A DNA stretch of 64,000 bases from the NCBI GenBank assembly GCA_965203055.1, contig OZ241863.1:4416001-4480000 (forward strand). The letters are read 5' to 3'. This document shows positions 29,301-40,693 of the stretch, in pieces (the stretch's first letter is position 1; the number at the start of each line of letters is the position of its first letter). The DNA is from Spirochaetia bacterium. GTDB taxonomy: Bacteria; Spirochaetota; Spirochaetia; SZUA-6; Bin103. The translations under genes were made by a program, and so were the position numbers. The notes under the pieces are model-generated. The model was given only the letters and a program-made list of their open reading frames with translations. It did no database searches and was not told the origin of the DNA.

Positions 29301-32300
29301 TCAGCACGGCGGCTCGGCGCGGGCAAGAAGGTCCTTGAAGGAGTAGTTGACGCTGGTGACGCCGAAGTCAGGCTCGCGGCGGAACGGGCGGCGCACGTAG
29401 TGCACCCGGTGGCCGCCGTCGTCCAGGAACTCGACGATCGCCAGGCGGTAGTCTTCCGGCTGATTCAGCGAGTAGAGCACCTCGTTGCGGGTGACCGTGA
29501 TGGCGTCCGCGCCGCGCACCCGGCCCTTGACCTCGATGAAGCGCAGCCGGCCGCTGTCGGGAACGCGGCTCTCCAGGTCGTAGCCGAGGCGTTCCGTTTC
29601 CCGGTCGGTCGGCTCGTAGCCGAGCGCCCGTTCGGCCTCCATGACGATGGCGCGCGCCCGCGCCGCGGACTCCTGCGTGTCACCGGCGGCCCGCGCCGGC
29701 GCGGCGGATGCTCCGCCCATGGCCGCCAGCAGACCGCGCGGCGCCACCAGCACGCCGCCGAGCATCACCGGCGGCAGCGGCGCCAGGCGCGCCTCCAACC
29801 GCAGCTCCCGCAGCCGCCGCCGCAGCCGCGTCTGCAGCGCGTCCGCCCGGCGGCGCGCCTCTCCGGAGTTCAGCTTGGCGCCGGGGCGGCCCGCCAGTTC
29901 CTGCTCCCGAAGCTGGGAGGCGCGGTGGTCCCAATGCGCGATCTCCTTGGTCAGGCGCTCCTTGACCGCGGCCTCGGTCTTGGCGATGAGGCCGAGGCGG
30001 GCCGCGCGCACCTCCTGCAGATGGCCGGGCACCGCGCGCGTAACCGCGTGTTCTTGCGCCTGCCGCTCCAGGCCGCCGCTGATCCACGCGCACTCCGGGC
30101 GTGCCAAGATCGCCGCGGCGCCCGGCTCCCCGTCCGCCAGCGGGCGGTAGTCGAGGTAGGGAGCGTAGTGCAGGTGGCGCGGCGCCGCGCCCGCGCTCAA
30201 CTCGACGTAGAGCAGGCGCTTGGACACCACCCGGCGTTCGCCGGTGCGGGTGCGGCGGGCGTCTTGAATCGCGTGCTCCAGATAGAACAGCACCCGCGGC
30301 GCGGTCCCGGAATCGCGCTCGTCGACCAGCACCGCGCCGCGCTTCAGCAGGTGGCGATGGCGCTCCAGCGTCAGGTCGAGCACCGCGTCGAGCAGCGGGT
30401 GACCGGGACACAGGAACGCGGCCGGCGGCTGCCCCGGCGGAGCCAGCAGGCCCTTCTCGAAGGCGGCGCGTTCATAGCGCGCCAGGACCGGCTCACCGGC
30501 CCCGAGCAGGCGGTCGCGGGCACGAACCGCGCCCGGCACGTGCGTAATCTCGTAGCGCCGCGGCTCGCGTTGGCGCAACGACCCGCCCAGCCGCGCGAAC
30601 GCCGCGCGAAAGAACGACTCGACGTAGTGCGGCTGCAGGCGCCGCGCCGCGGCCCGCTCCAGCTCCTCCCGCACCCGCTGCACGCGCGCAGCGTCCATGG
30701 CGTCCGGGGCCAGCGCCCGTTCCGCCAACAGCTCCTGCAGCCGGGCGCGGTCCAGGGCGGAGTCGAGCGCCGTGGTCAGCCGCGCCCGTACCTCCGGTTG
30801 CTCGCCGTAGCGGACCGCCTCCAACAGCAGGCCGCGCAGCGGGCGCCCGGCGAACTGCAACTTGCCGAGCACGTCGAACACCTGCCCGCCAAGGGCGGCG
30901 CGCGCCTGGTCCAGCTTCTCCAGCAGCCGCCGGTAGACGTCGCCTTCGCGGGTCTCCTCGGCCACCAGGTTCCACAGGTGGCACACCTCGGTCTGGCCGA
31001 TCCGGTGGATGCGCCCGAAGCGCTGCTCCAGGCGGTTCGGGTTCCACGGCAGGTCGTAATTCACCATCAGGTGGGCGCGCTGCAGGTTGATGCCCTCACC
31101 GGCCGCGTCCGTGGCCACCAGGATCGACACGCCGCGATCGTGGCGAAACGCCTCCTGCGCCGCGCGGCGCGCCTCCCGCGCCAGGCCGCCGTGAATCACC
31201 GTCACGGCCTCCTCGCGCCCGAGCAGCGTAGTGATGCGTCCGTGCAGATAGGCCAGCGTGTCGCGGTGCTCGGTGAAGATGACCAGCTTCGGCGGCGCTC
31301 GGCGCGTGGCGCCCGGCCCCAGTTCCGCGAGCAGGCCGGCGAGCTGCCGCCACTTGGCGTCGCGGCCGCTGCGCCGCACCCGTAGCGCGACCTCCTCCAC
31401 GTGTCGCAAGGTGCCGATCTCGGCCCTCAGTTCCGCTACCGAGCGGGCGGCCGTCGCCTGGTCGAGGATCGCCTCCGCGGTCTCCTCGAACTCGTCCGCC
31501 GGCAGGTCTTCCAGGTTCTCCAGGTCTTCCAGCTCGTCAGGTTCGAGCTCGACTCCGGGCGCGGGAGAGAGGCGGAAAGCGTGGCGGGCGGGGTTGCCGC
31601 TGCCGCGGCGCTGCAGCTCCAGTTCGCGCAGGCGGCTCTGCAGGCGCCGGCGGCGCCTGAGCAACGACTGGTAGATCGCCTCCGGCGACGAGGCGAGGCG
31701 GCGCTGCAACAGCGTCAGGGCAAAGCCCACGGCGCCGGCGCGGCGGTTGTTCCGCAACGCCTCGGCGCGGTTGAACTCCTCGCGCACGTAGCTGGTCACC
31801 GCCTGATAGAGATGCGCTTCCAGGCCGGACAGCCGGTAGGGGATGGTATGGGCGGCGCGCTCGGGAAACAGCGGCGTGCCGTCGAACTTGAGCAGCCGTT
31901 CCTTCACCATGCGCCGCATCAGGTCCGAAACGTCGGCGGCCTGCGCGCTGCCGCGGAACCGGCCCTCGAAGCGGTCGCCGTCCAGCAGCGCCATGAAGAG
32001 CTGAAAGTCCTCCTCCTTGCCGTTGTGGGGGGTGGCGGTCAGCAGCAGGAAGTGGCGGGTCAGCCGTCCCAGCGCCTGCCCCAGGCGGTAGCGCTTCGTG
32101 TAGCGCACCTCGCCGCCGCTGAAGGTGGCCGCCATCTTGTGCGCCTCGTCGCAGACGATCAGGTCCCAGCGGCCGTCGGGCGCCTGCAGCTTCTGCTGCA
32201 GCGCGTCGTCGCGCGCCAGCTTGTCGAGCCGCGCGATGGCGAGGTCGGTCTCCAGGAACCAGTTGCCGGTGCGCGCCGCGGCCAGCTTGTCGTTGGTGAG

Positions 32301-32840
32301 GATGTCGAACCCCAGGTGGAAGCGGCGGTACAACTCGTCCTGCCACTGTTCGGCCAGGCTGCCGGGGCACACCACCAGACAGCGCTGCAGGTCGCCGCGC
32401 GCGAGCAGCTCCTTCATCAGCAGGCCGGTCATGATCGTCTTGCCGGCGCCGGGGTCGTCGGCCAGCAGGAAGCGCAGCGGCTGGCGCGGCAGCATCGCCT
32501 CGTACACCGCGGTGATCTGATGCGGCAGCGGCTCCACCAGCGAGGTGTGCACCGCCAGCGTGGGATCGAACAGGTGCGCGAGGCGGATGCGCAACGCCTC
32601 CGACACCAGCCGGAACAGCTCGCCGTCGCCGTCGAAGCTCCACGCACGGCCCTGCGCGGCGCTCGCCAGGCGCGCTTCGTCTTCCCGGTAGAGGAGCTCG
32701 CTGCCCAACTCGCCGTCCGCGCCGCGGTAGGTCAGCTCCAGCGCCTGCGCCCCGAACCAGCGCGCGCTCACCACCGTGACCGGGGCCTCGGCCAGGATGC
32801 CGCGCACGCTGGCGCCGGCCTGCAGGTCCTCCAGCTTCAC
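29301..32840 (-). CDS. SNF2-family helicase with C-terminal DUF3883 (PD-(D/E)XK-like) domain
   Basis: LLADDPGAGKT, DEAH, LTATPHNG, TDAAGEGINLQ, YDLPWNP..LEQRFGRIHRIGQ; C-terminal GYDLES...RFIEVKGR. Confidence 0.93.
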   Translation of the reverse strand: MKLEDLQAGASVRGILAEAPVTVVSARWFGAQALELTYRGADGELGSELLYREDEARLASAAQGRAWSFDGDGELFRLVSEALRIRLAHLFDPTLAVHTSLVEPLPHQITAVYEAMLPRQPLRFLLADDPGAGKTIMTGLLMKELLARGDLQRCLVVCPGSLAEQWQDELYRRFHLGFDILTNDKLAAARTGNWFLETDLAIARLDKLARDDALQQKLQAPDGRWDLIVCDEAHKMAATFSGGEVRYTKRYRLGQALGRLTRHFLLLTATPHNGKEEDFQLFMALLDGDRFEGRFRGSAQAADVSDLMRRMVKERLLKFDGTPLFPERAAHTIPYRLSGLEAHLYQAVTSYVREEFNRAEALRNNRRAGAVGFALTLLQRRLASSPEAIYQSLLRRRRRLQSRLRELELQRRGSGNPARHAFRLSPAPGVELEPDELEDLENLEDLPADEFEETAEAILDQATAARSVAELRAEIGTLRHVEEVALRVRRSGRDAKWRQLAGLLAELGPGATRRAPPKLVIFTEHRDTLAYLHGRITTLLGREEAVTVIHGGLAREARRAAQEAFRHDRGVSILVATDAAGEGINLQRAHLMVNYDLPWNPNRLEQRFGRIHRIGQTEVCHLWNLVAEETREGDVYRRLLEKLDQARAALGGQVFDVLGKLQFAGRPLRGLLLEAVRYGEQPEVRARLTTALDSALDRARLQELLAERALAPDAMDAARVQRVREELERAAARRLQPHYVESFFRAAFARLGGSLRQREPRRYEITHVPGAVRARDRLLGAGEPVLARYERAAFEKGLLAPPGQPPAAFLCPGHPLLDAVLDLTLERHRHLLKRGAVLVDERDSGTAPRVLFYLEHAIQDARRTRTGERRVVSKRLLYVELSAGAAPRHLHYAPYLDYRPLADGEPGAAAILARPECAWISGGLERQAQEHAVTRAVPGHLQEVRAARLGLIAKTEAAVKERLTKEIAHWDHRASQLREQELAGRPGAKLNSGEARRRADALQTRLRRRLRELRLEARLAPLPPVMLGGVLVAPRGLLAAMGGASAAPARAAGDTQESAARARAIVMEAERALGYEPTDRETERLGYDLESRVPDSGRLRFIEVKGRVRGADAITVTRNEVLYSLNQPEDYRLAIVEFLDDGGHRVHYVRRPFRREPDFGVTSVNYSFKDLLARAEPPC

Positions 32841-32935
32841 GGCCGCGATGATAGCAGAACCTGGCAGGACCCACCCCGCGCCCGGACGCTCCGGTAAACC
32901 TGCCCTGCCTGCCGGCGGGCGGGCGGAAACACCGT

Positions 32936-32994
32936 TTGACGCCGCCGCCGCGGCGCACTATATTTCGGCAAATGCGACCGGAAAAGTCGTATTT
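32936..32994 (+). promoter_or_regulatory. Sigma70-type promoter plus Rrf2/IscR-like operator of the suf operon
   Basis: TTGACG(32936)-17 bp-TATATT(32959), followed by the inverted repeat AAATGCGAC-N7-GTCGTATTT (32970-32994). Confidence 0.75.
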
Positions 32995-33006
32995 TCAGAG
33001 TCGGCG

Positions 33007-33486
33007 ATGGTGAAGATCAGCCGCAAGGTGGAGTATGCATTGATGGCGCTGCAGCACATGCGCGGGCAGCGGTCGGGACAGATGGTGTCGGCCAAGGACC
33101 TGTGCGCCGCCTACCAGGTGGCGTTTCCCATTCTGTCCAAGGTGCTGCAGAACCTCGCCGCGGCCGGGGTGCTGCGCTCCGCCCAGGGCGCTCACGGCGG
33201 CTACCAGATTGCGCGCCCGCTTGCGGAGGTCACCTTCGGAGAGCTGTCGGAAGCGGTGGTGGGGCCGCTGCAGTTCTCCTACTGCCTGCACCGCGACCGG
33301 GTGCGCTGCCAGCTCGCCGAGTGCTGCAACGTGATCTCCCCCGTCGTCCGGCTGAGCAAGCGCATCGAGGAGTTGTTCTACAACATGAGTTTGGAAGAGT
33401 TGCTGCACGCCGAGGAACCGCAGGAGGCGGCGATTCGCGCCCGCCACAACGCCGCGGCCCCGGCGGAGGAACTGGTATGGAAATAG
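33007..33486 (+). CDS. Rrf2 family transcriptional regulator (IscR/SufR-like)
   Basis: [17 protein letters not shown]...G.L.S..G..GGY; Cys cluster [16 protein letters not shown]; heads the suf operon. Confidence 0.9.
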   Translation: MVKISRKVEYALMALQHMRGQRSGQMVSAKDLCAAYQVAFPILSKVLQNLAAAGVLRSAQGAHGGYQIARPLAEVTFGELSEAVVGPLQFSYCLHRDRVRCQLAECCNVISPVVRLSKRIEELFYNMSLEELLHAEEPQEAAIRARHNAAAPAEELVWK

Positions 33487-34966
33487 CGGCCCACGACGCC
33501 GGCCGCGGCACGGCGCTCACCAGGGAGCAGGCGGAACGCGAGCTCTCCGGCCGCGTCTACGAGCACGGCTTCTACACCGACGTCGCCGCCGACCAGGCGC
33601 CCAAGGGCTTGAACGAGGATATCGTTCGCCTGATTTCGCGCAAGAAGGATGAGCCGCGGTTCATGCTCGACTTCCGGCTCAAGGCATTGCGCCGCTGGCG
33701 CGAGATGGAGGACCCGTGGTGGCGCCCGGTGGACCATCCCCCCATCGACTATCAGGCGATCCGCTACTACTCCGCGCCCAAGGCGGCCGGCGCCAAGCCG
33801 GGCCCCGCCTCGCTGGACGAGGTCGATCCCGAGATCCTGCGTACCTTCGAGCGCCTCGGGGTGCCGCTGAGCGAGCAGAAGCGGGTCATGGGCGTGGCGG
33901 TGGACGCGGTGTTCGACTCGGTGTCGGTGGGCACCACCAACCAGGAGCAACTGCGCGAGCTGGGCATCGTGTTCTGCTCCATCAGCGAAGCGCTGCGGGA
34001 GCATCCCGACCTGGTGCGGCGCTACCTCGGCTCGGTGGTGCCGGCCGCGGACAACTTCTACAGCGCCCTGAATTCGGCGGTGTTCACCGACGGGTCGTTC
34101 TGCTACATCCCGCCGGGAGTGAAGTGTCCCATCGACCTGTCCACCTACTTCCGCATCAACGCCGCCGAAACCGGGCAATTCGAGCGCACTCTGATCGTGG
34201 CCGACCGCGGCAGCTCGGTGAACTACGTCGAGGGCTGCACCGCGCCGATGCGCGATGAAAACCAGCTCCACGCCGCGGTAGTGGAGATCGTGGCGCTGGA
34301 CGATGCGGTGGTGAACTACTCCACGGTGCAGAACTGGTACGGCGGCGACGCAGCCGGCAACGGCGGCATCTACAACTTCGTCACCAAGCGCGGCAAGGCG
34401 GCGGGCCGCAACTCCAAGATCTCCTGGACCCAGGTGGAGGCCGGCGCGGCGATTACCTGGAAGTATCCCAGCGTGATCCTGCTCGGCGACGGTTCGGTGG
34501 GCGAGTTCTACTCGGTGGCGTTGACCAATAACCGCATGCAGGCGGACACCGGCACCAAGATGATCCACGTTGGCCGCAACACCACCAGCACCATCGTCTC
34601 CAAGGGAATCTCCGCCGACCATTCCCGCAACGCCTACCGCGGCCAGGTGCGCATTCAGCCCGGCGCCGCCGGCGCCCGCAACTTCACCCAATGCGACTCG
34701 ATGTTGGTGGGCAACGAGTGCCAGGCCAACACGTACCCGTCGATCGAAGTGCGCAACGATACCGCCACCGTCGAGCACGAGGCGTCCACCTCGCGGATCG
34801 GGGCGGAGCAACTGTTCTACCTGGCGACCCGCGGGCTGGACATGGAGGCGGCAATCGCGCTGCTGATCAACGGCTTCTGCAAAGAGGTGTTCAAGCAACT
34901 GCCGCTGGAGTTTTCGGTGGAGGCGGTCAAGCTGCTGGAGATGAAACTGGAGGGCAGTGTCGGCTG

Positions 34967-34967
<1 letters not shown>
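33477..34967 (+). CDS. sufB: Fe-S cluster assembly protein SufB
   Basis: [59 protein letters not shown] end. Confidence 0.97.
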
Positions 34968-35755
<788 letters not shown>

Positions 35756-35791
35756 CGCCAGCGCCGTAGCCGAGCGCCCGCCGGCTGCGCG

Positions 35792-38700
35792 CTAACCGCA
35801 AGCGCGAAGTTCTTCAAGCCACGGAAGCACCGCGGTGCGGTCGAAAACGTCCCAATGCGTCTGGTTGCCGTAGTCATTCAGGCACTTGCCGCACGAGCTG
35901 GCACAACCGGCTCGACAGTCGAGGACGCGAATCGCCTCGTCAAGCAGCCGCTCGGTGGAGATCCCCTGCTGTTCCGTGGAGCCTAGCCGTCGCACGAAAC
36001 CGGCGCCGCCCGCTACGGTGTCGTAGAGGACCACGACCGGGTGCCCCCGGTCTATCTGAAACGTTGCCGCAAGATCGCGAGAATCGGTTTGCAACAGGCG
36101 CAGCCCGGCCAGCCTAAACGCTTCCGCCAGGGTACGTGCGAATTCAGCCGCCGGCGTCGCCGGCATCGGTTTTCGGAACGTGAAGGCACGTACGTCGGTC
36201 TCGAATACGTGGCCAAGGTCAACCGGATTCCTCAAGGTGACCTGCGGGCAGTTTTCTCCGGTTCTTGGATTCTTGTGGCGCGACTTGATGGGCTTGCCGT
36301 AGCGGGAATCGAGAGGTGCGGACTCGGCGTGCTCGCACGTCGGACAGCGAAGATAACCTCCCCCGCGCATGCCTCGATTGACGACGAAGAGCCTCCCATG
36401 CGGAGCGCCGCCGCCATCCCTTGGGAACGCAGCGGCATAGAACGTGTGCAACAGCGGCACATCGGTCTCATGGTAGGCCCCGGCAGGCGGCCGGGTCAAC
36501 AACCGCGCTTCGTCGGCTGGCCGCTGTCGAACCCGTGTCGATCCGGGATCTCTGCCGGCACGTTCGGCATACGCAGTCAGAAACCCTTTCGGCTCGATGA
36601 ACGATCCCTGATGGTGGCCAGTCCACTGGTGATGGCACTGCGGGCAGGTCGGAGGAAGCAGGTTGCGGTCGTCGGCGAGTGCAACGTGTCTGCAGCTTTC
36701 GCAGACGCGATACCAGCGCTTCGGCATGAACGATTGTGGATAGCGGATGATGCCGGCGCTGGTCCAGATGCGACCGCCTGCGACCACTTCGGCTCCCGGC
36801 GCGTATTCGGAAATAGCCAGCAGCGCAGCGCGGTCGAGTTGCAGTCCGGTATCCGGGGCGCCGTACGGACTGGCTGGTCGGCCTTTGCTCGTCGAAATCT
36901 CGAGGCGGCAGGTGTGCACCGGAAAGCTGTAGGTGGGAATGACCGCTTGCCGGGAGAGCATGTCCACGAGAAACTGCGCCAACAAGTTCTTCTGTTGGCG
37001 CTGCATGGCGGCGGCCACGTTATACTGCCGATCATCGCCCGCCTGCTTCAGGCGATCTTGCAGCGTCTGCCAGCGGTTCGCAATTTCATTCACGAAGTCG
37101 GACCAGCGTCCCGCGGCACACCGATAGAGATCACATCCGCCCAACCCGGTTGACTGGATGGATCGGGGGATGGTCATTACCAACGATTCAGCCTCGGCAT
37201 ACGCAGCTTGCCCAACGTCAGACGTGGACCATGACCCAAAGGCAGATATGTGACTGCGCACCTCGTCCGCACCGAGATCATGGCCAAGGATGTCGTGCAG
37301 GCGCGGCGCTGCCGATCGGTCGGTGCCCGCCAAACACTCCCGGAAAAACCCCGCAAGTACGATCGACATTTGATGCCGACGGAAGAAGTCGGCGTTGTCC
37401 AGGGCAATGTACGGTACTGCAACGCGCCCGGACAAGTACTCGTCGAACGATTGATACTGTTCCTGATCGTAGTTGCCATTGCGGGCTATCGTCAAAGCGA
37501 CCGGAGCCGCCTGGGCGCGCCGTCCGGCGCGTCCCGCGCGTTGCTGATAGTTGCCGATCCCGGGCGGGACGTTACGGCACAAAGTCGCTTCGAGATCACC
37601 CAGATCGACGCCCAGCTCCATCGTGGTGGTGCAGCTCAGCAGGTTGACGTCTCCGTTGCGGAACTCCTCCTCAAGTTCTTCCCGTAATTGAACGCCAATC
37701 GCCGCGGTGTGTTCCCGCGCGATTGCGTTCATCGAACGTCCGGCGTCACGGCCGTCCAGATAGAGGCGCGCATAGTGGTTGTGCTGCTCCAGAGCGTCGC
37801 GTGCGTCGTTCGCGACTTCGTGCAGGGAACCCTCACACTTCCAGGAGGGGCAGATTGAGCGGACTGAGCGAAACGTCCGCGCGCCGCACACGCGGCATTC
37901 GTACAGTGGCCGCCGGCGGCCATCCTCGATGTGGAGCGTAACCAGATCCAGCGCATAGCCTGGACCGTGGCGCACGAGGAGCCTGGTTTTCTTCGCATGG
38001 TCGAAGAATGCCTTGAGTACGGCGAACGTAAGATCTCGGTTCATCCCAAGTCGCTTCAGTACCCACGAGAAGCGATTGTCATGCTGCTCAGCGGGAAGGA
38101 TTGGTCGCGGAAATGATTTTCGTCGCTGCGGTCTGTCGAGACTGACGCAGCGATTTTCTTGATTCTGACGGCCCCAGATCTTGTCGTCAGTCAGATCCAG
38201 GGTCCCGTCTGAATCGTGAATGGCTCGATCACGTCGTATCAGATCCAGTGCGAGAGCGGCGAAGTCAGTTGCCAAGGCGGTGTCCAGCTCCGGAGCGAGC
38301 TTTGCGACGGCTGCCGCAACGGCGGCCAGCGCGCGGCCGGCGTAACTCACGTGGGCAAGGCCAAGGCTCTCCAGGGACACTCGCGCCATCCCGGCAGTGC
38401 AGAACTCCGCTACAGTATGAGCAGCCAGGAGCCCGCGGGCTGAGTCTCGGCTGCGTTTGTCGCCGCGGAACTGCTTGAGCGCCGTCTGACCTTCTGGCCG
38501 CAGGCGTCGCCATACTCGGTCCGCGAGATCCGCGAATCCGGGCGCATCGTCTCCTGCGGAGCCGGATATGGAGCCGGCAATTCCAGCCCGCACCGCAAGG
38601 TCCAGGCTCGTCCGCTCGAAGAAGGGGGCGAAGAACGCCGCGTCCTGGCGATTGTCGGCGAAGGCGAGCACCTTCCGTCCCGCCATCGGGCGAGGGTATT

Positions 38701-40693
38701 CGTCGGGCTCCGGCTCGGGCAGAGCTTCGAGAAGCACCTGAGCGGCGACTGCGGAAACTGCTTCGTCGCCGGGATGCAGTGGTGAAATCGCTTCCGGATG
38801 GCGCGCGGATCGAGAGCCACAGGCAACGCAGGAGCGGAGGTACCAACGCCGTTCTTCCTGGTCTTCCTTCAGATCACAGCGGATGACCGCGACCCGACCT
38901 GCGGCCCCCTGTGCGGTAATCCGTCCGTTGGCGGCATCGACCCATTCGACCGTTCCGGCGTTGGGACTCTCGTCGTCGCTGTCCACCCCGATCTCTACTG
39001 CCTCAGGGCTGGCAAGAGACTTGATGCGAAACACATAACGGTCGGCGCCGGGAGTGGGCTTACCCGTCGCGACGTCCCCGGCCCGTGAACCTTCGAAATA
39101 GGGTTCGCCACAGTTGCGGCACGCGAGGATGTGATAGTACGGGACGTTATTCGGGTCGTCATGCGACCGCTTCAACTGCAGATCGGACCATCCTTCTTGG
39201 GTTGTCGCGTTCAGCCGTAAGCAGCCGCCCTGAGTGCTGCTGCCTGCCAGATGATAGCGTGCCGGGAGAATGGGAAATGTCTCGGCGTCGGGTCGTGCGA
39301 ACACGGCAGTCGCAATCAAGCCGTGCAGTGCCCTGTTCCGCTCTCCGGGGTCAGCCGAAGGGAACACGGCGTGGGCAATTTCAGTAAACTCCTTCAAGCC
39401 GTGCTCGAGATCGGCTGCTACCCGGTGCACCTCCTTCATCCGCGCCAAGTGCCGGGTGAGGGTACGCCCGATCGGCCCCTCCTCGGGCAGGAGGAACGGC
39501 GTTGCGCCTCGCGTACGGCAGACTTCGTTCCAAGCGCGTATCGAAGGAGCCCGAGCCTCTTGTGCTCTCAAGCGGGCGACGATCTCTCCGACCGCAATCC
39601 AGGTCGCGGGATCCACGGACTTGTCCGGTGTCTGTCCGAGCAGCGTGTGTGGCTGCCGCCGCCCGGTGATCAGGTCGTCGGAATCGAATGGTTCGCCGAA
39701 CAGATCGGAAGCAAACCGAGCCAATTCGGTTCTCCGCGTGGGATCGAGCGTGGCGCTGGTACCTATCGCCTGTATCGTTCCCGGCTCCAACCCGAGCCGG
39801 CGCTTGAGCTTGCGGATCAGAAAGGCGACTTCGATTGCCTGTGCGCCGGCGTAGGTGTGAATCTCATCCAGGACTAGAAACCGGAGTCGTGATCCGCTGA
39901 ACAAGGGAGCGTTGCGCGGCAACAGCAGCAGGTGCTCCAGCATTGCGTAGTTGGTGATAAGGATATGTGGCGGCTGTCTCAACATCTCGCTGCGGGAGAG
40001 TCGCCACGATTCCGGGATCGAATCGCCCTCCTCCAGATCGAGAACGCGCATCAGGGCATCGTTGCGGATGAGTCGGTCCTGTTCCTGCTCTCTCGTTGCC
40101 GATGATCTCACCTGACCGGTGAAGCGGCCAAACGTAATCCCCGGATCACCGAGCTGGCGCAGCAGCAGCGGCGCAATACGGAAGTAGAGCTGGTCGTTGG
40201 CAAGCGCATTCAGAGGATATACCAGGATGGCGCGAACTCCAGGCGTGTCAAGGTCACCGTCGCGCAGGAGCCGGTCAATGATCGGGTAGAGAAAGCACTC
40301 GGTCTTCCCGGATCCGGTCCCGGTAGCAACAATTACGTTCCGATGATTGGCGGCTCGACGAAGCGCAGTGTCCTGGTGTCTGTGGAGAGCACGGCAAAAT
40401 ACACTTGGAGCCGTGCTTTCGAGAAGCCGCCAACGGCTGCCACAGACACCCGATTCAACGAATTGAGCGAGTGATCCGCCCTTCTCGAAGTCTGGGAGAC
40501 TCTCGACGAACGGCCCCTTCATCAAGGCGTCATCCTCGGCAATCTTATCCCGCACTGCACGCGCCAACTGGGGAGCTCTGGTCGGAGAAATTGGGACCGC
40601 GGTAGCAAGGTATCGCGCCAGCGTGGAGCGCAGTCGGTCGCGGAGTTGAATCGGATCAATATCGGCCGCTACGGTATCGGACGACTGTGCCAT
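35792..40693 (-). CDS. Large DEAD/DEAH SF2 helicase with Zn fingers and C-terminal DUF1998 (DruE/MrfA-like)
   Basis: GGAGG RBS; ATGTGSGKT, YPLNALA.DQ, TNYAMLE, LDEIH, SAT, TTTMELGVDLG, QRAGRAGRR; several CxxC pairs; YDTVAGGAGF...C...C..SC..CL. Confidence 0.92.
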   Translation of the reverse strand: MAQSSDTVAADIDPIQLRDRLRSTLARYLATAVPISPTRAPQLARAVRDKIAEDDALMKGPFVESLPDFEKGGSLAQFVESGVCGSRWRLLESTAPSVFCRALHRHQDTALRRAANHRNVIVATGTGSGKTECFLYPIIDRLLRDGDLDTPGVRAILVYPLNALANDQLYFRIAPLLLRQLGDPGITFGRFTGQVRSSATREQEQDRLIRNDALMRVLDLEEGDSIPESWRLSRSEMLRQPPHILITNYAMLEHLLLLPRNAPLFSGSRLRFLVLDEIHTYAGAQAIEVAFLIRKLKRRLGLEPGTIQAIGTSATLDPTRRTELARFASDLFGEPFDSDDLITGRRQPHTLLGQTPDKSVDPATWIAVGEIVARLRAQEARAPSIRAWNEVCRTRGATPFLLPEEGPIGRTLTRHLARMKEVHRVAADLEHGLKEFTEIAHAVFPSADPGERNRALHGLIATAVFARPDAETFPILPARYHLAGSSTQGGCLRLNATTQEGWSDLQLKRSHDDPNNVPYYHILACRNCGEPYFEGSRAGDVATGKPTPGADRYVFRIKSLASPEAVEIGVDSDDESPNAGTVEWVDAANGRITAQGAAGRVAVIRCDLKEDQEERRWYLRSCVACGSRSARHPEAISPLHPGDEAVSAVAAQVLLEALPEPEPDEYPRPMAGRKVLAFADNRQDAAFFAPFFERTSLDLAVRAGIAGSISGSAGDDAPGFADLADRVWRRLRPEGQTALKQFRGDKRSRDSARGLLAAHTVAEFCTAGMARVSLESLGLAHVSYAGRALAAVAAAVAKLAPELDTALATDFAALALDLIRRDRAIHDSDGTLDLTDDKIWGRQNQENRCVSLDRPQRRKSFPRPILPAEQHDNRFSWVLKRLGMNRDLTFAVLKAFFDHAKKTRLLVRHGPGYALDLVTLHIEDGRRRPLYECRVCGARTFRSVRSICPSWKCEGSLHEVANDARDALEQHNHYARLYLDGRDAGRSMNAIAREHTAAIGVQLREELEEEFRNGDVNLLSCTTTMELGVDLGDLEATLCRNVPPGIGNYQQRAGRAGRRAQAAPVALTIARNGNYDQEQYQSFDEYLSGRVAVPYIALDNADFFRRHQMSIVLAGFFRECLAGTDRSAAPRLHDILGHDLGADEVRSHISAFGSWSTSDVGQAAYAEAESLVMTIPRSIQSTGLGGCDLYRCAAGRWSDFVNEIANRWQTLQDRLKQAGDDRQYNVAAAMQRQQKNLLAQFLVDMLSRQAVIPTYSFPVHTCRLEISTSKGRPASPYGAPDTGLQLDRAALLAISEYAPGAEVVAGGRIWTSAGIIRYPQSFMPKRWYRVCESCRHVALADDRNLLPPTCPQCHHQWTGHHQGSFIEPKGFLTAYAERAGRDPGSTRVRQRPADEARLLTRPPAGAYHETDVPLLHTFYAAAFPRDGGGAPHGRLFVVNRGMRGGGYLRCPTCEHAESAPLDSRYGKPIKSRHKNPRTGENCPQVTLRNPVDLGHVFETDVRAFTFRKPMPATPAAEFARTLAEAFRLAGLRLLQTDSRDLAATFQIDRGHPVVVLYDTVAGGAGFVRRLGSTEQQGISTERLLDEAIRVLDCRAGCASSCGKCLNDYGNQTHWDVFDRTAVLPWLEELRACG

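Noticed and set aside
27780..31385. 1201-aa plus-strand ORF (also 138-2516, 3494-5176, 16378-18249, 46616-48967, 48780-51125, 51122-53590)
   Set aside because: Shadow ORFs opposite well-supported genes; stops are rare at this GC content
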